Source: Amphiscolops sp. MND2022
Lineage: Eukaryota
Assembly: GCA_964187785.1 (NCBI GenBank)
Contig: OZ076409.1
Location: 98,272,001-98,336,000, forward strand
Direction of reading: 5' to 3'
Length of the DNA stretch: 64,000 nucleotides
The position numbers and the translations under genes were made by a program. Below are positions 1-13,196 of the stretch, one piece after another. Numbering within the stretch: position 1 is the first letter of the stretch; every line of letters begins with the position of its first letter. Under the pieces are notes generated by a model. The model saw only the letters and a program-made list of their open reading frames with translations. It searched no databases and was not told the DNA's origin.

Positions 1-199
1 GGCTTGTTATTGTTAAATAATTTCCGTATATGGAATTGAGTCTTTTACTACTACTGAGTGGGCTCCAAATATTTGCAATCGAACAAAAATGATGCAAGAC
101 TAGTGAATACACAACACTGTCATTTTTAGAGGCCTCAAAAGTGCTTGATTGCAAGAACTCAAGTCGGGGATCTTTGACTCTTTTTTATCTTCGTTACAG

Positions 200-575
200 A
201 TGCTACAACTCGTCACAGCCGAGTCTAGTAATAACAGACCCAGATTTGGTCAAAGAAGTTATGATCAAACAGTTCGATAACTTCGCCAACCGCATGGATA
301 CTTTTGCGTGCAACGTGAAGTTCATCCGAAAGTTACTAAGCGAGCTGCCTGTTGAGAAATGGCGACCATCTAGAGTAGCCCTTACTCGCACTTTTACGGG
401 GGCCAAACTGAAGAAAATGGTGTCCCTGATGAACCGTCTGGTCGACAACTTCTTATGCAAACTTGCCAAACTAACGGAAAACCCCGACACTGAAGTCGAT
501 TTTGACCCCCTTTTCAAAGCCTACACCATGGACATTATATGCAACCTAGCTTTCGGACTGAATGTCGATACACAA
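200..575 (+). CDS. Cytochrome P450 (clan 3-like), internal exon A (upstream exons outside window)
   Basis: Acceptor ttacAG ends at 199 and donor GTAAGT starts at 576. Encodes PSLVITDPDLVKEVMIKQFDNFANR...WRPSR (C-helix WxxxR)...TFTGAKLKKM...YTMDIICNLAFG, typical of CYP3-clan N-terminal halves. Confidence 0.92.
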
Positions 576-609
576 GTAAGTAGACACAATTTCCGACACA
601 ACTTTTCCT

Positions 610-944
610 GAAATATTTCGACTAGCCCGATTGAAAGTAAAAGCTTCTTTCATAACAGGAGGTTAACGTCTATTGGAATAGTTTTTTCCTTCCAACAAAC
701 AATTTTTCACACATTTTGACTGTAAATATGTTCGAATTAATTCCTTTTTGTGATTCAAAACAGGAAGCTGTTGATTTCTTTATCAAGAATGCGTGATTTC
801 ATAGGAAAAAAAATAGTGAACACAGTTGATACCTCAAATCCAAGCTGTCACTCTGACATTTAACATTTGTATTCAAGTCTTTTTGTTATAAGATTTTCAC
901 TATTTTTCCAAACAATATGGTGGTGGGGGGAACAGAAAAGAGCC
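610..944 (-). mobile_element. Truncated copy of the MITE at 14147-14552, opposite orientation
   Basis: Ends in ggtggtgggggg-aacagaaaagagcc; the interior is a diverged reverse complement of 14170-14500. Confidence 0.7.
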
Positions 945-1510
945 CGCAATTTTCACTGGAATTTTTTCGTCAGAGAATTTTGTATTGTATTGTTTTAAGG
1001 GGTGACACGTGCTACTTTTTAAATGAATAGCTGACTTTGAAGACATTTTGAAGCTTATGCTCAGCTTGATGAAACAAGATGTCATTTTGTTGGCTTGTGT
1101 CACCAGAAGCCAATTTATGTGCATTTCGTTTTATATGCAAAACATCTACCAATCAGAAATTTGTCAAAGTTTTCGAAGATTTCCAGCGTTTATCTGATAA
1201 AACCACCAGTTTTAAACCTTTTCAATAGCCAGCGACTCTAGTGTAGTGCCTGAGAATAATCACCAATCGGGACATTTAAACTTTTGTAATTAGAACGTGA
1301 AGGAGCTCCGAAATTAGACTGGAAATATGGAATTTCTCAAAACGTTTCAGATTACTTAATTCATTCAGTTTGTTTTTTTAGCGTGTGTTAGTCGTACAAA
1401 TTTTTTGACTTGACAACTCGGGTGATTTGACAAAAAACGGGTAATCCAGTGGAAAATTCTCAGCTCGTTCCATAGACATTTACATTGATGTGACCTGCTG
1501 TACATTTCAG

Positions 1511-1687
1511 GAAAACCCAGAGAACGAAGTTACGAAAGCTTGTTTCAAGATGATGTCAGACAACATTAAACTGGGCAAGAACCCATGGGTCGTTTCAGCC
1601 ACGCTTTTTCCAGGACTACGAAAAATACTGACTTTCTTGAATCCAACCCTGGACCTGAATCTGGATGGTGCTTCTCTGGCTACAGAT
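1511..1687 (+). CDS. Cytochrome P450 exon B (F-G region)
   Basis: Acceptor tttcAG ends at 1510, phase 0 matching exon A. ENPENEV...TLFPGLRKILTFLN aligns with CYP3A NNPQDPF...TVFPFLIPILEVLN. Donor GTGGGT at 1688 is likely but not certain. Confidence 0.8.
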
Positions 1688-2532
1688 GTGGGTTTTATGG
1701 CATTTAGTTTATAAAATCAAAATACAGCTTTTGCTTGACAGTTTCTTCCACTGAAATCCATCAGAGAAACAAGACAAAATGCAAACCTTTTTCAAGCAGT
1801 AGTTACTGTTAGCTCAGACGACTAATCGTTTTAAATAACCGGTTATCTTTCAACTGTCATCACAGTGTCAAAAAAGTGATTTCCAACAAAAATTGTTGAG
1901 AAAAGTGGTTAAATACAATTCAATTAGATTTCATTACAAAAAGTAGCTTCCGCGAATTTCCATCTTGACCAAAAATATGGCTGAAAATTATCAAAAGTCT
2001 GTCTGAATAAGCGGTGGTAGTTTTTAGGTTTTCTCCATTTTTGAACCACTGTAGAGAGCATCCGTTCGTTATTTGGGCTCAGGTCTAACTGTCAACTACC
2101 AGGTTAAAATTTAACTATTGAGTTTACATATTAAAACTTTTGTACTATGCAACGAGAGATGAAATAAAACATTGTGAGTTGAAGACTCTACTCTGATCGT
2201 TATTGTATCCAAACGTAAAATAAATAGATCAGCACTACAGTACGTTAAGTAACTGTTGACAGGTCACTACGGTAGTAAGTTTTCACATCAGTTATTTTTA
2301 CAAATAAAGCACAGATAGAATGATTGACACCACATCACATTCCCTTTTTTACAAATGTAAATGAGCAGAATCACGAATAACTGAAGTTCTAACGGTTATA
2401 AATAGACCACCGAATAATCAAATTGTTTTCTTGCATAAGGTATACGGTTTTGACCGTATAGTTGACTTCTTTCCGTATAGTCGACTTCTTTCTCTCAATG
2501 TAACCGTGTTGCCATATCGATTTAATGGATTT

Positions 2533-3080
2533 TTTAGTCGGCGCTTCATGAAGTGAAACGCGACTATTATAGTGACTCTTTTTTTTTCTATCCACACGAA
2601 CTGACCAAAATAGTTCTTAAAAGTTCTACAAAAGATTATGGTGCCAAATAGCACCATTTGGCCTAGCGTACTGGACCAAAATGGTTTTACCTGTTTTTCC
2701 GCGTAACATATCATACCGGGCGAGACCAAAGAGTCCCCCCTTTCAATTTTTTTTGGCACTGTGAGACATTTTTTTTCGGATTTTTTTTCGAAATTTTTTT
2801 TCCTCAAAGGGTCCCCCCTGCATTTTTTTGATGTTTTGCGACAGAATGGATATTGAAAAACCTCAAAGGGTCCCCCCTTTCAGTTTTTCGGCATTATGAG
2901 ACGTTAGCGAGCCCCGGCCCGCCACTCGGTCCATTTTTTTAGTATGTAATTTTTTCAAAAAAAAAATTCTAAAAATTTTCGATTTTCGACTACTGTAAAC
3001 GAATACTTGACACTTGGAGGTCTTTTTGCTATTTGTGAGCCTTGGATATGGCGCCGACTTGGGCCGGTCCCGGCTTGTTT
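2533..3080 (+). mobile_element. DINE-1/HINE-like non-autonomous Helentron-type element
   Basis: Subterminal inverted repeat AGTCGGCGC (2536) / GCGCCGACT (3051), 3' hairpin GCCGG-TC-CCGGC, T-rich ends, internal AAAGGGTCCCCC repeats. Confidence 0.72.
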
Positions 3081-6000
3081 AATTTATTCTAGCTAACGTT
3101 TTTGTAACTGGTTCGATTTGGTTCTCGTTTTGATTTATGGTTTGTATTATTTCAGTTTTTTATTAAATCGGTATTACGCTTTGGTCTATTACTGTGATTA
3201 TGATAGGGTCGTCTTCGGTAGTTGGTCTGGCTTCTATGTCTTGTTCAGTTCTTCCTCCGGGTGTTGTGATGTTATTTCTGTTGCGAATGAATTTCCTTCT
3301 CCCTCGTCCATACACTGGGCTCATCTCCGTATTATACATCTGAATATCCAGTATTGTGTCTATTATGCTTTCTTCTAGCACTTGAGTGCAGCTTCTCGGT
3401 GTATGTTTCATAGTGTCTTCTTGTGTTTGAGTATTGCTGAAGCGCCGGTCTGTTCCTCTCAGCGCTCCCCCTCCTTGATAGCGGGCCATGGAGCAATGGG
3501 TTTCTTGGTGTACTTCCTCGTTTTCTGTGTACTATTTAATTCTTATCTGTTAGTAATGTAAGTTTTGTTCCAGGTATCGCTATTTATGTCTGTTTTTCAT
3601 ACTTACTACCAAATGTTTCTCTATATCGGTCATTTCCTAAGAGTAGGTATGAGAAGCTGTTACTAACATTTTCCTTTGGTTTCCTTGGTGCCTTCATCAC
3701 CAGTTGGTCATATTCCGTTCGTGGAAGAAAAGACTTGCAGCGTTCCTGGTTCGCTGAAACATATCGTTTATTAGTTGAGATGTTAAGATAGTTATGCATC
3801 TTTGTTCTCGGTTTTCTCCGGTAATGATGTTGTTCGAACGGTTTTTTTAATACCTGAGAAGACCGTTGTTTTCATCATGTTTAATGAACGGTTTAGAACT
3901 TCGTTTAAGTTGTACCCCTCCTTCAAATTTGTTCGTAAACAATCTTCAATGTTTGAATTCCTCTTGTCACCAATCCTGTTGGAGTATGTATGTACGCTGT
4001 TCCCTATACCATTCTTATATTTAGGGATTTACAAAAATCTCTGAACTCCTTTCTGGTAAACTCCGTGCCTTTATCTTTTCTAAAAGTTTGTGACAGTCCA
4101 TTTAGTGTAATGTACTGATCCATAAATATTTCTCTGTTTTTCCGGTGGGTGTTTCACAAATACACGCCGCCGGTCGTTTGCTATACCGGTCCATTGAAAT
4201 ACGTATTAAAATTCCCCTGTGCTAAAATCTCACTGAACCGATGAAATCCCAATTTTTGGTTTTGTCTACCGATGATAGATATTTAATTTCAGTCATTGGT
4301 ATTTATGCTTTATAGCTCTTACCTGCCTTTTTGCAAGGATGCATTACTCTCATTTCAGTTGAAAATCTTCCGTTACTCTGGGGCACAGGAAGTGTTTCAA
4401 CGCCGTTGTCATTTTGTTGATTGCCGCATGTAACTTGAGCAGCAACATAATGATGGTACTCTGTAAAATTTTTGGTATTATTCGGTCGTAAAAAAACTAG
4501 GTCGAGTCTGCCGATAGGTGTTTTTGATGACCTCCGTACTCTTCTTGAACTTAATTAGGCGTCTTTTTTCCAACCAAATCAATGTCTTCTGTAATCTATC
4601 GTCGTTTGTTGTTCCGTTTTCAATAGTTTTCAGGTCTCTTGTATATTTTTGTTCCGCTTGTTCTATTGTTTCTGTCTGAGGTTTTATCTTCTTGAATGCG
4701 GCTGGCTTGTCCTATTTGGATATAGCTGACACCTGTTGCCCCCAGGTAACTTTTGAAATTGATGACCGGTACATCAATCGAAACATTTCAGCTAGTTGAA
4801 GTGGTTTCGAGCATCGGTGATCTGTTTCTTTCCCGTGAAGTGTTGCCTGTTCACAGTTGTTCTTCGTTTCTGTTTTGTGGCGTGTTTTTATCTTCTCAAT
4901 GACTCTGTGTAGTTCTTTTTTTCTTCGGGTTTCTTCTTCCGGCTCTTGTGGTTCCATTCCATTCCGTCCCAGATCATGCTTTTTAGCCTTTGGTTTAGCC
5001 CAATCTCTATTATATTTATTTCTGCCTGGGGTTGTCTGGGTCTATTATACTTCTTCATGACTCCGTTCGACATGCGGTAGTCCCCCGGTTTTGTCAATTC
5101 TTTCCATTGGTTCGTTAGGTTTTATAATCAACCCCCGTTGGGTCTTTTTCTCTCTCTAATTGCTCCGTCCTTCTAACGTCTATTTTTTGTCGTTTGTTTG
5201 GTGTGAATTTCTCTGTTGCTCACTGGACTGTATTTGAATGTGGTAGCAATGAACTGTATTTGTTCTTCGTGTCTTTTTGACTCCAACTCGTTCGTTTTGC
5301 TTTCTTCTGATTGATTGTTTTTCTGTTCACACTTCTCGTTTTGCTTCGTTCGCGCTTCAATCTTTTTTGGACCGGTGACGCTGCCATAGCTGTTGATAAA
5401 CTCGAATAAAGATATCACGCATTTAATCACGAACTCTTGGATTTCTGCTTCATCAATATGTTAGCGCTAATTGTTCACCGGCGATGTGTTTTATATTTAA
5501 ATCAAAGTGAGCTAGCCGATACTACCATCTTGTTAGTCTTGATCAATACGTTTTGTTTCATCTGTTTTTTTATCAAGGGTTGTGTGCTTGATGGCCTGAT
5601 AATAGTTCGATCGGATTTCCATAAAAGTACAGGCGACAACGTTCCAGTTCTCAACCTACTGCCAATAATTCGGTTCGTCTATTGCATATTTCGCTTCTCT
5701 GTCTGATAAAAATCTACTGGGAAATCCAATTTTCAACAAAAAATAGTTGCGAAAAATGGTTAAATACAAACTCAATTATATTTCATTGCAAAAAGTAGCT
5801 TCCGCGAATTTCCAACTTGACCAAAAATATGGCTGAAATTTATCAAAAGTCTGTCTGAATAAGCTGTGGTAGTTTTTAGGTTTTCTCCATTTTCGAACCA
5901 TTGTAGAGAGCATCCGTTCATTATTTGGGCTCAGTTCTAACTGTCAACTACCAGGTTAAAATTTAACTATTGAGTTTACATATTAAAACTTTTGTACTAT

Positions 6001-6384
6001 GCAACGAGAGATGAAATAAAACATTGTGAGTTGAAGACTCTACTCTGATCGTTATTGTATCCAAACGTAAAATAAATAGATCAGCACTACAGTACGTTAA
6101 GTAACTGTTGACAGGTCACTACGGTAGTAAGTTTTCACATCAGTTATTTTTACAAATAAAGCACAGATAGAATGATTGACACCACATCACATTCCCTTTT
6201 TTACAAATGTAAATGAGCAGAATCACGAATAACTGAAGTTCTAACGGTTATAAATAGACCACCGAATAATCAGATTGTTTTCTTGCATAAGGTATACGGT
6301 TTTGACCGTATAGTTGGCTTCTTTCCGTATAGTCGACTTCTTTCTCTCAATGTAACCGTGTTGCCATATCGATTTAATGGATTT

Positions 6385-6931
6385 TTTAGTCGGCGCTTCA
6401 TGAAGTGAAAGGCGACTATTATAGTGACTCTTTTTTTTTCTATCCACACGAACTGACCAAAATAGTTCTTAAAAGTTCTACAAAAGATTATGGTGCCAAA
6501 TAGCACCATTTGGCCTAGCGTACTGGACCAAAATGGTTTTACCTGTTTTTCCGCGTAACATCATACCGGGCGAGACCAAAGAGTCCCCCCTTTCAATTTT
6601 TTTTGGCACTGTGAGACATTTTTTTTCGGATTTTTTTTCGAAATTTTTTTTTCCTCAAAGGGTCCCCCCTGCATTTTTTTGATGTTTTGCGACAGAATGG
6701 ATATTGAAAAACCTCAAAGGGTCCCCCTTTCAGTTTTTCGGCATTATGAGACGTTAGCGAGCCCCGGCCCGCCACTCGGTCCATTTTTTTAGTATGTAAT
6801 TTTTTCAAAAAAAAAAATTCTAAAAATTTTCGATTTTCGACTACTGTAAACGAATACTTGACACTTGGAGGTCTTTTTGCTATTTTTGAGCCTTGGATAT
6901 GGCGCCGACTTGGGCCGGTCCCGGCTTGTTT
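6385..6931 (+). mobile_element. DINE-1/HINE-like element (duplicated copy)
   Basis: Same structure as 2533-3080, inside the tandem duplication. Confidence 0.72.
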
Positions 6932-9900
6932 AATTTATTCTAGCTAACGTTTTTGTAACTGGTTCGATTTGGTTCTCGTTTTGATTTATGGTTTGTATTA
7001 TTTCAGTTTTTTATTAAATCGGTATTACGCTTTGGTCTATTACTGTGATTATGATAGGGTCGTCTTCGGTGGTTGGTCTGGCTTCTATGTCTTGTTCAGT
7101 TCTTCCTCCGGGTGTTGTGATGTTATTTCTGTTGCGAATGAATTTCCTTCTCCCTCGTCCATACACTGGGCTCATCTCCGTATTATACATCTGAATGTCC
7201 AGTATTGTGTCTATTATGCTTTCTCCTAGCACTTGAGTGCACCTTCTCGGTGTATGTTTCATAGTGTCTTCTTGTGTTTGAGTATTGCTGAAGCGCCGGT
7301 CTGTTCCTCTCAGCGCTCCCCCTCCTTGATAGCGGGCCATGGAGCAATGGGTTTCTTGGTGTACTTCCTCGTTTTCTGTGTACTATTTAATTCTTATCTG
7401 TTAGTAATGTAAGTTTTGTTCCAGGTATCGCTATTTATGTCTGTTTTTCATACTTACTACCAAATGTTTCTCTATATCGGTCATTTTCTAAGAGTAGGTA
7501 TGAGAAGCTGTTACTAACATTTTCCTTTGGTTTCCTTGGTGCCTTCATCACCAGTTGGTCATATTCCGTTCGTGGAAGAAAAGACTTGCAGCGTTCCTGG
7601 TTCGCTGAAACATATCGTTTATTAGTTGAGATGTTAAGATAGTTATGCATCTTTGTTCTCGGTTTTCTCCCGTAATGATGTTGTTCGAACGGTTTTTTTA
7701 ATACCTGAGTGGACCGTTGTTTTCATCATGTTTAATGAACGGTTTAGAATTTCGTTCAAGTTGTATCCTTCCTTCAAATTTGTTCGTAAACAATCTTCAA
7801 TGTTTGAATTCCTCTTGTCACCAATCCTGTTGGAGTATGTATGTACGCTGTTCCCTATACCATTCTTATGCCATTGAACTCCTTTCTAGTAAACTCCGTG
7901 CCTTTATCTTTTCTAAAAGTTTGTGACAGTCCATTTAGTGTAATGTACTGACCCATAAATATTTCGCTGTTTTTCCGGTGGATGTTTCGCCAGTACACGC
8001 CGCCTGTCACTTGCTATACCGGTCCATTGAAATAGGTATAAAAATTCCTTTGTGCAAAAAGCTCACTGAACCGATGAAATCCCATTTTTTGGTTCTGTCT
8101 ACCGATGAAAGATATTTAATTTCAGTCATTGGTATTTATGCTTTATAGCTCTTACATGCCATTTTGCAGGGATGCATTACTCTCATTTCAGTTGAAAATC
8201 TTCCGTTACTCTGGGGCACAAGAAGTGTTTCAACGCCGTTGTCATTTTGTTGATTGCCGCATGTAACTTGAGCAGCAACATAATGATGGTACTCTGTAAA
8301 ATTTTTGGTATTATTCGGTCGTAAAAAAACTAGGTCGAGTCTGCCGATAGGTGTTTTTGATGAGCTCCGTACTCTTCTTGAACTTAATTAGGCGTCTTTT
8401 TTCCAACCAAATCAATGTCTTCTGTAATCTATCGTCGTTTGTTGTTCCGTTTTCAATAGTTTTCAGGTCTCTTGTATATTTTTGTTCCGCTTGTTCTATT
8501 GTTTCTGTCTGAGGTTTTATCTTCTTGAATGCGGCTGGCTTGTCCTATTTGGATATAGCTGACACCTGTTGCCCCCAGGTAACTTTTGAAATTGATGACC
8601 GGTACATCAGTCGAACATTTCAGCTAGTTGAAGTGGTTTCGAGCATCGGTGATCTGTTTCTTTCCCGTGAAGTGTTGCCTGTTCACAGTTGTTCTTCGTT
8701 TCTGTTTTGTGGCGTGTTTTTATCTTCTCAATGACTCTGTGTAGTTCTTCTTTTCTTCGGGTGAATTCTTCCGGCTCTTGTTGTTCCATTCCATTCCGTC
8801 CCAGATCATGCTTTTTAGCCTTTGGTTTATCCCATGTCTATTATATTTATTTCTGCCTGGGGTTGTCTGGGTCGATTATACTTCTTCATGACTCCGTTTG
8901 ACATGCGGTAGTCCCCGGTTTTGTCAATTCTTTCCATTGCTTCGTTAGGTTTTATAATCAACCCCCGTTTGGGTCTTTTTCTCTCTCTAATTGCTCAGTC
9001 CTTCTAATGTCCATTTTTTGTCGTTTGTTTGGTGTGAATTTCTCTGTTGCTCACTGCACTGTATTTGAATGTGGTAGCAATGAACTGCATTTGTTCTTCG
9101 TGTCTTTTTGACTCCAACTCGTTCATTTTGCTTTCTTCTGATTGATTGTTTTTCTGTTCACACTTCTCGTTTTGCTTCGTTCGCGCTTCAATCTTTTTTG
9201 GACCGGTGACGCTGCCATAGCTGTTGATAAACTCGAATAAAGATATTACGCATTTAATCACGACCTCTTTATCGTAATTCTCAATTGGTTCCGGCTTTGA
9301 TATTGGATTTCTGCTTCATCAATCTGTTAGCGCTAATTGTTCACCGGCGATGTGTTTTATATTTATGTCAAAGTGAGCTAGCCGATACTACCATCTTGTT
9401 AGGCTTGATCAATACGTTTTGTTTGATCTGTTTTTTTATCAAGGGTTGTGTGCTTGATGGCCTGATCTTAGTTCGATCGGATTTCCTAAAAAGTACAGGC
9501 GACAACGTTCCAGTTCTCAACCTACTGCCAATAATTCGGTTCGTCTATTGCATATTTCGCTTCTCTGTCTGATAAAAATCTACTGGGAAATCCAATTGGT
9601 TTTTTTAATTTCCAACTTTTTGTACTGATGTCAGTTAATATTATATTCTTGTTTGTGTGCTTCAGTGTGCCAAGCATGATATAAGAGTCTTTCAATTTCT
9701 TCAATGCTTTTGTGTGTTCGTCTGTACAATTCCACTCGTTTTGTTTCATCAGTATTTGTCTCAGAATGTCTAAGTGTGTTGATAAATTCTTGATGTACTT
9801 CGATAAAATTTGGATCGCTCCAAGAAACTATTCCAACTCTTTTTCGTTTTCTAAATGTTTCTTTTGGTGACTGCTTCTAGTTTGTCTCGTAGAGGTTGTG

Positions 9901-11899
9901 TTCCTTATTGGTCTTTTTTGATTTCCACCAATTGTTTTTTTTGAAGAATTCTCATTTCTTTGCGTGTTATCTGTAGCCCGCTTGTCCTTGCTTTATCCTA
10001 GTTTCCCGTACCTCTGCTTCGCGTTTTTCCATGTTTCCTTTGGTGACAAAGATATTGTCGTCCAACCATGTTGAATCCTTGTGTTCCAGTGTTGTATCTA
10101 TCCGTTCTTGAAATTTTGGTTGGAAAATCTTCCAGTCCGTAAAAGTTTTTCTGAAACCGGTAAAAACTAGTGAAGTCTTCTCCTGTAACAGTAATTATGC
10201 ACAAGTGTTTTGTGTTTTCGCCAATTTATTTTGTTCATATGCATAATCGAAATCCATTTTTGTAGCTAAGATCTTGTTTTGGGTCCTTTGGATAATCTTT
10301 GAGATAATCGTGAATTTAATTCCGCCAAAATTGGCATTTGTGTTTTTCTTTTTTATTGTTATCTCGTTTAATTTTCTAGAAGCAAGGACAATTTTCGTGA
10401 TTTAAGTTTGGGTTAATTTTCAGTCGTTGCATCCAATCCAATCCCGTTAGCGGTGATCTTTGTGCTTTTGCTATTAGTAATTACTACTACTAATTAGTGG
10501 CTCCATTGCTTGTCCGTTTGTTTCAATCATTGCTTTCGTCCGTCCAGTGGATTCAATCTTCTGATTGTTTACTTCTTTATAAGTTTTATTGAGTGGCTCA
10601 ACTTTGGTTATTTTGTTCCGGAATGAGTGTAACTGGTGAGCCCCAGTTGATCATCAATTTTGTTGGTGCTTTAGTGACCAATAGCTTTGCGTTGTAGATT
10701 TCTTTCTTTTGTTTGGTTTCCTTTATCGTTTGGAAAGAAGTTTTCTGCCGAAGAAGTTGTTTGTTCCACGTATTGGTCTTTCGACAATGATCCTTACATG
10801 TTTCTAGTAATGTCATTTCCTTTTGCAGTTTCTACATCATGCTGTCTTTACTGGACATTTGTGTTAGCTTGTCCACTTTGGGGCTTGGTGCACCGCATTG
10901 TCCGCAACGATTTTCTCTTTGTTTGTATCTTTGGTTCTCTGGACTTTTTCATGTACTGTCTTGTTGGGATTTTTCTGTCCACTTGCGTTTGTACGGTCGT
11001 TCCTGTACATGCTTTTTTGCCGTTATTTGAATTGTTTGAGTCATTTAGTCGGTCATACATGTATTCATGTATTAATCTTGTTATGGCTTTCATTGTCATC
11101 GTGCTTTTTCGTAATTTCTTCTTTGGTTCGTAGTCGCCAGCTGATCTGCTAATTTGTGATAGAAATTTTGAAGCTTTTAATCAGCTGGTGTGAGGTTCCC
11201 AATTCACATTGTTTCCACTTGTAGTATTCTTGTCCACATATCTTCTGCGGCGTCGTGCTTTGCTCTCGTTATACCAAAGATATCAGCTGCTGTGAAAATT
11301 GTTTCGTTCGGGAATAAAACGTAACCGGAAAAGTGAGTACTGTTGATATATGTCCTTATTGTTAGGATCATTCTCTCTAACGGCTCTTGTCATTTCCGTT
11401 ATCGCCGATTCGCCCAATGCCCAAATAAATAGATCTTCAATGTTCGAGATCTTCAATGTTCGGTGTTCCAGATCGTCTTTATCGTCCGTTATTGTTTCTC
11501 GGTCCGTCATCGTTTCATTGAGACCTTATTTTGTGTCATTTTGAAGTATTGTGTGAACCTCTTCCCCCATAATTTCGCCTCCTGGATACCCCGATTCTCG
11601 ATGGTTAGTTTTGATGTGTTTTTTTGTTTTTTGTCTTTGCTCTCCCTTGATTTTCTCCGCTTGATGAGCTTGTGCTCTCCGATGATTTTTGTTTAACCAT
11701 ACTTCACTGCACCATGTTGTAATATGTAAGGAGGAATGAAGTAAAACAATGTAAGCGTAAATCGCTTTTGCATCAAAGCATATCAAAACTGAATAGAACA
11801 GCACTATAGTACGATAAGCAGCTGTTGAGAGGTACTAAATTGTCACCTCAGTAATTCTCACAAATTAGGAAATGATAGCGTGATTGGCAGCACATCACA

Positions 11900-12120
11900 A
11901 AATTTAACTTTTAAAACTATTAACAACTATTGATAACTCCTAGTAACTATTAGTTACTATTAACAACTCTAATAGTTAAAATAATAGTTGATCGTTAAAA
12001 TATTATCAACTATTATTAACTATGAGCCATTATTAAATATCAAAATCCTTTAATAATTTTCAATGACTATCAATAACTAATAAAACTATCTGTTCAACTA
12101 TTAAAACTCAACTAATGAAT
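11900..12120. repeat. AACTATT/AACAACTAT low-complexity repeat
   Basis: Many degenerate aactatt units; similar motifs at 2090-2140 on the other side of the Gypsy insertion. Confidence 0.7.
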
Positions 12121-12388
12121 AACCGGTGCCTCTGGTTGACTGGTTCAGGCTAAAGTAGTTGTCAAATTGGGAACGATGTTTTGGTTTAAAAGAAAAAAAT
12201 GGTACAATTTTCTAAAAGTGATTCTACTAAAATATAGTTACGTAGACCGCCTGTAATCATAACTGAAGATCGTCTCATCCAAACTTATTGAAGATGATGC
12301 TGATGATCTTTTTTTGATAAACACACGTTTGTTTTTCCTACAGGAATCGCTCTTATGAACAGAAATTGACCCTTGCACTACTTTTTAG

Positions 12389-12692
12389 CGAATGCTAGAG
12401 GGCAAAAACGAGGAAGAACAGCCGTTTTTCTTAAAAACAGTGATCGAGATGCTTGACCTACACCAGAGGACAAACGGGTCAGAAGGTTTTGATTTCGAGT
12501 CAGCGGTGGCCCATGTATACTCTTTTCTAATCTCAGGTTTCGACACGGCAGCCAATTTGCTCATGTGGGCAACTTACTATCTCGCCATGCACCCCGACCT
12601 GCAGGAAGAAATTGTGCAGGAAATCGAAGAAATCCAGGGACCTGGGAAAAAGGAAGTGAAATACGAGCATTTGAGCCAGTTTAAGAAATTGG
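12389..12692 (+). CDS. Cytochrome P450 exon C (I/J helices)
   Basis: I-helix FLISGFDTAA (A/G-G-x-D/E-T), then YYLAMHPDLQEEIVQEI. Acceptor tttttAG ends at 12388; phase-1 donor GTTAGG at 12693. Confidence 0.88.
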
Positions 12693-12710
12693 GTTAGGTA
12701 CTCGCTATTA

Positions 12711-13196
12711 TTAGTCGGCGCTTTTCTTTAGAAAAGAGTCAACTATAGTCATGGTTTTTCGTCAGTGTTTTTTTAAGACCTGAACTGACCAAAATAGTTC
12801 TACAAGATTTCTACAAAAGATTATTGCACCAAATTGCACCTTGTGGCCTAGCGAACTGAACCAAAAAAGTTTTTCCTGTTTTCCCGCGTAACATACCATA
12901 CCGGGCGAGACTAAAGGGTCCCCCCTTTCAGATTTTTTCGGCATTGTGACTTTTTTCCGGAAAAAAAATTTCCCCAAAGGGTCCCCCTTCAATTTTTTGA
13001 TGTTTTGTGACAAAATGGATGTTGAAAACCCCCAAAGGGTCCTCCCTTTCAGTTTTTTTGGCATTGTGAGACTTTTTTCCAAAAAAAATTTTTCATAAAA
13101 GGGTCCCCAACTCACCAATACTTTGACATATTGAAGTTCTTTTGCTACTTTTGAGTCTTAGATATGGCGCCGACTTGGGCCGGTCCCGGCTTGTTT
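12711..13196 (+). mobile_element. DINE-1/HINE-like element, independent copy
   Basis: AGTCGGCGC at 12713 and GGCGCCGACTTGGGCCGGTCCCGGCTTGTT at ~13166-13195; inserted ~20 bp after the CYP exon C donor. Confidence 0.72.

Larger units (their letters stand above)
1883..9597 (+). repeat. Tandem segmental duplication, unit ~3.85 kb (1883-5730 and 5733-9597)
   Basis: Near-identical sequence at offset 3852 (LTR 2141/5993; ORF pairs 3163/7014, 3584/7435, 5173/9004). Confidence 0.95.
2141..11899 (-). mobile_element. Old decayed Ty3/Gypsy LTR retrotransposon (3' part tandemly duplicated)
   Basis: Diverged ~190 bp LTRs at 11718-11899, 2141-2339 and 5993-6191. iMet-like PBS (TGGTGCAGTGAAGTATGG on minus, ~11697-11714) and PPT AAAAAGGGAA next to the 3' LTR. 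Fragments of a gag Cys-His knuckle (~10800-10910), RT (FYGLEDFPT, WLDD ~10055-10150), RNase H (KPIGFPSRFLSDREAKYAI) and integrase, with many stops and frameshifts. Confidence 0.85.

Noticed and set aside
12695..12697. TAG ending the P450 ORF, suggesting a nonsense mutation
   Set aside because: The phase-1 donor at 12693 removes it and joins in frame to the ExxR exon at 28772 (KKLDHFSMETLR).
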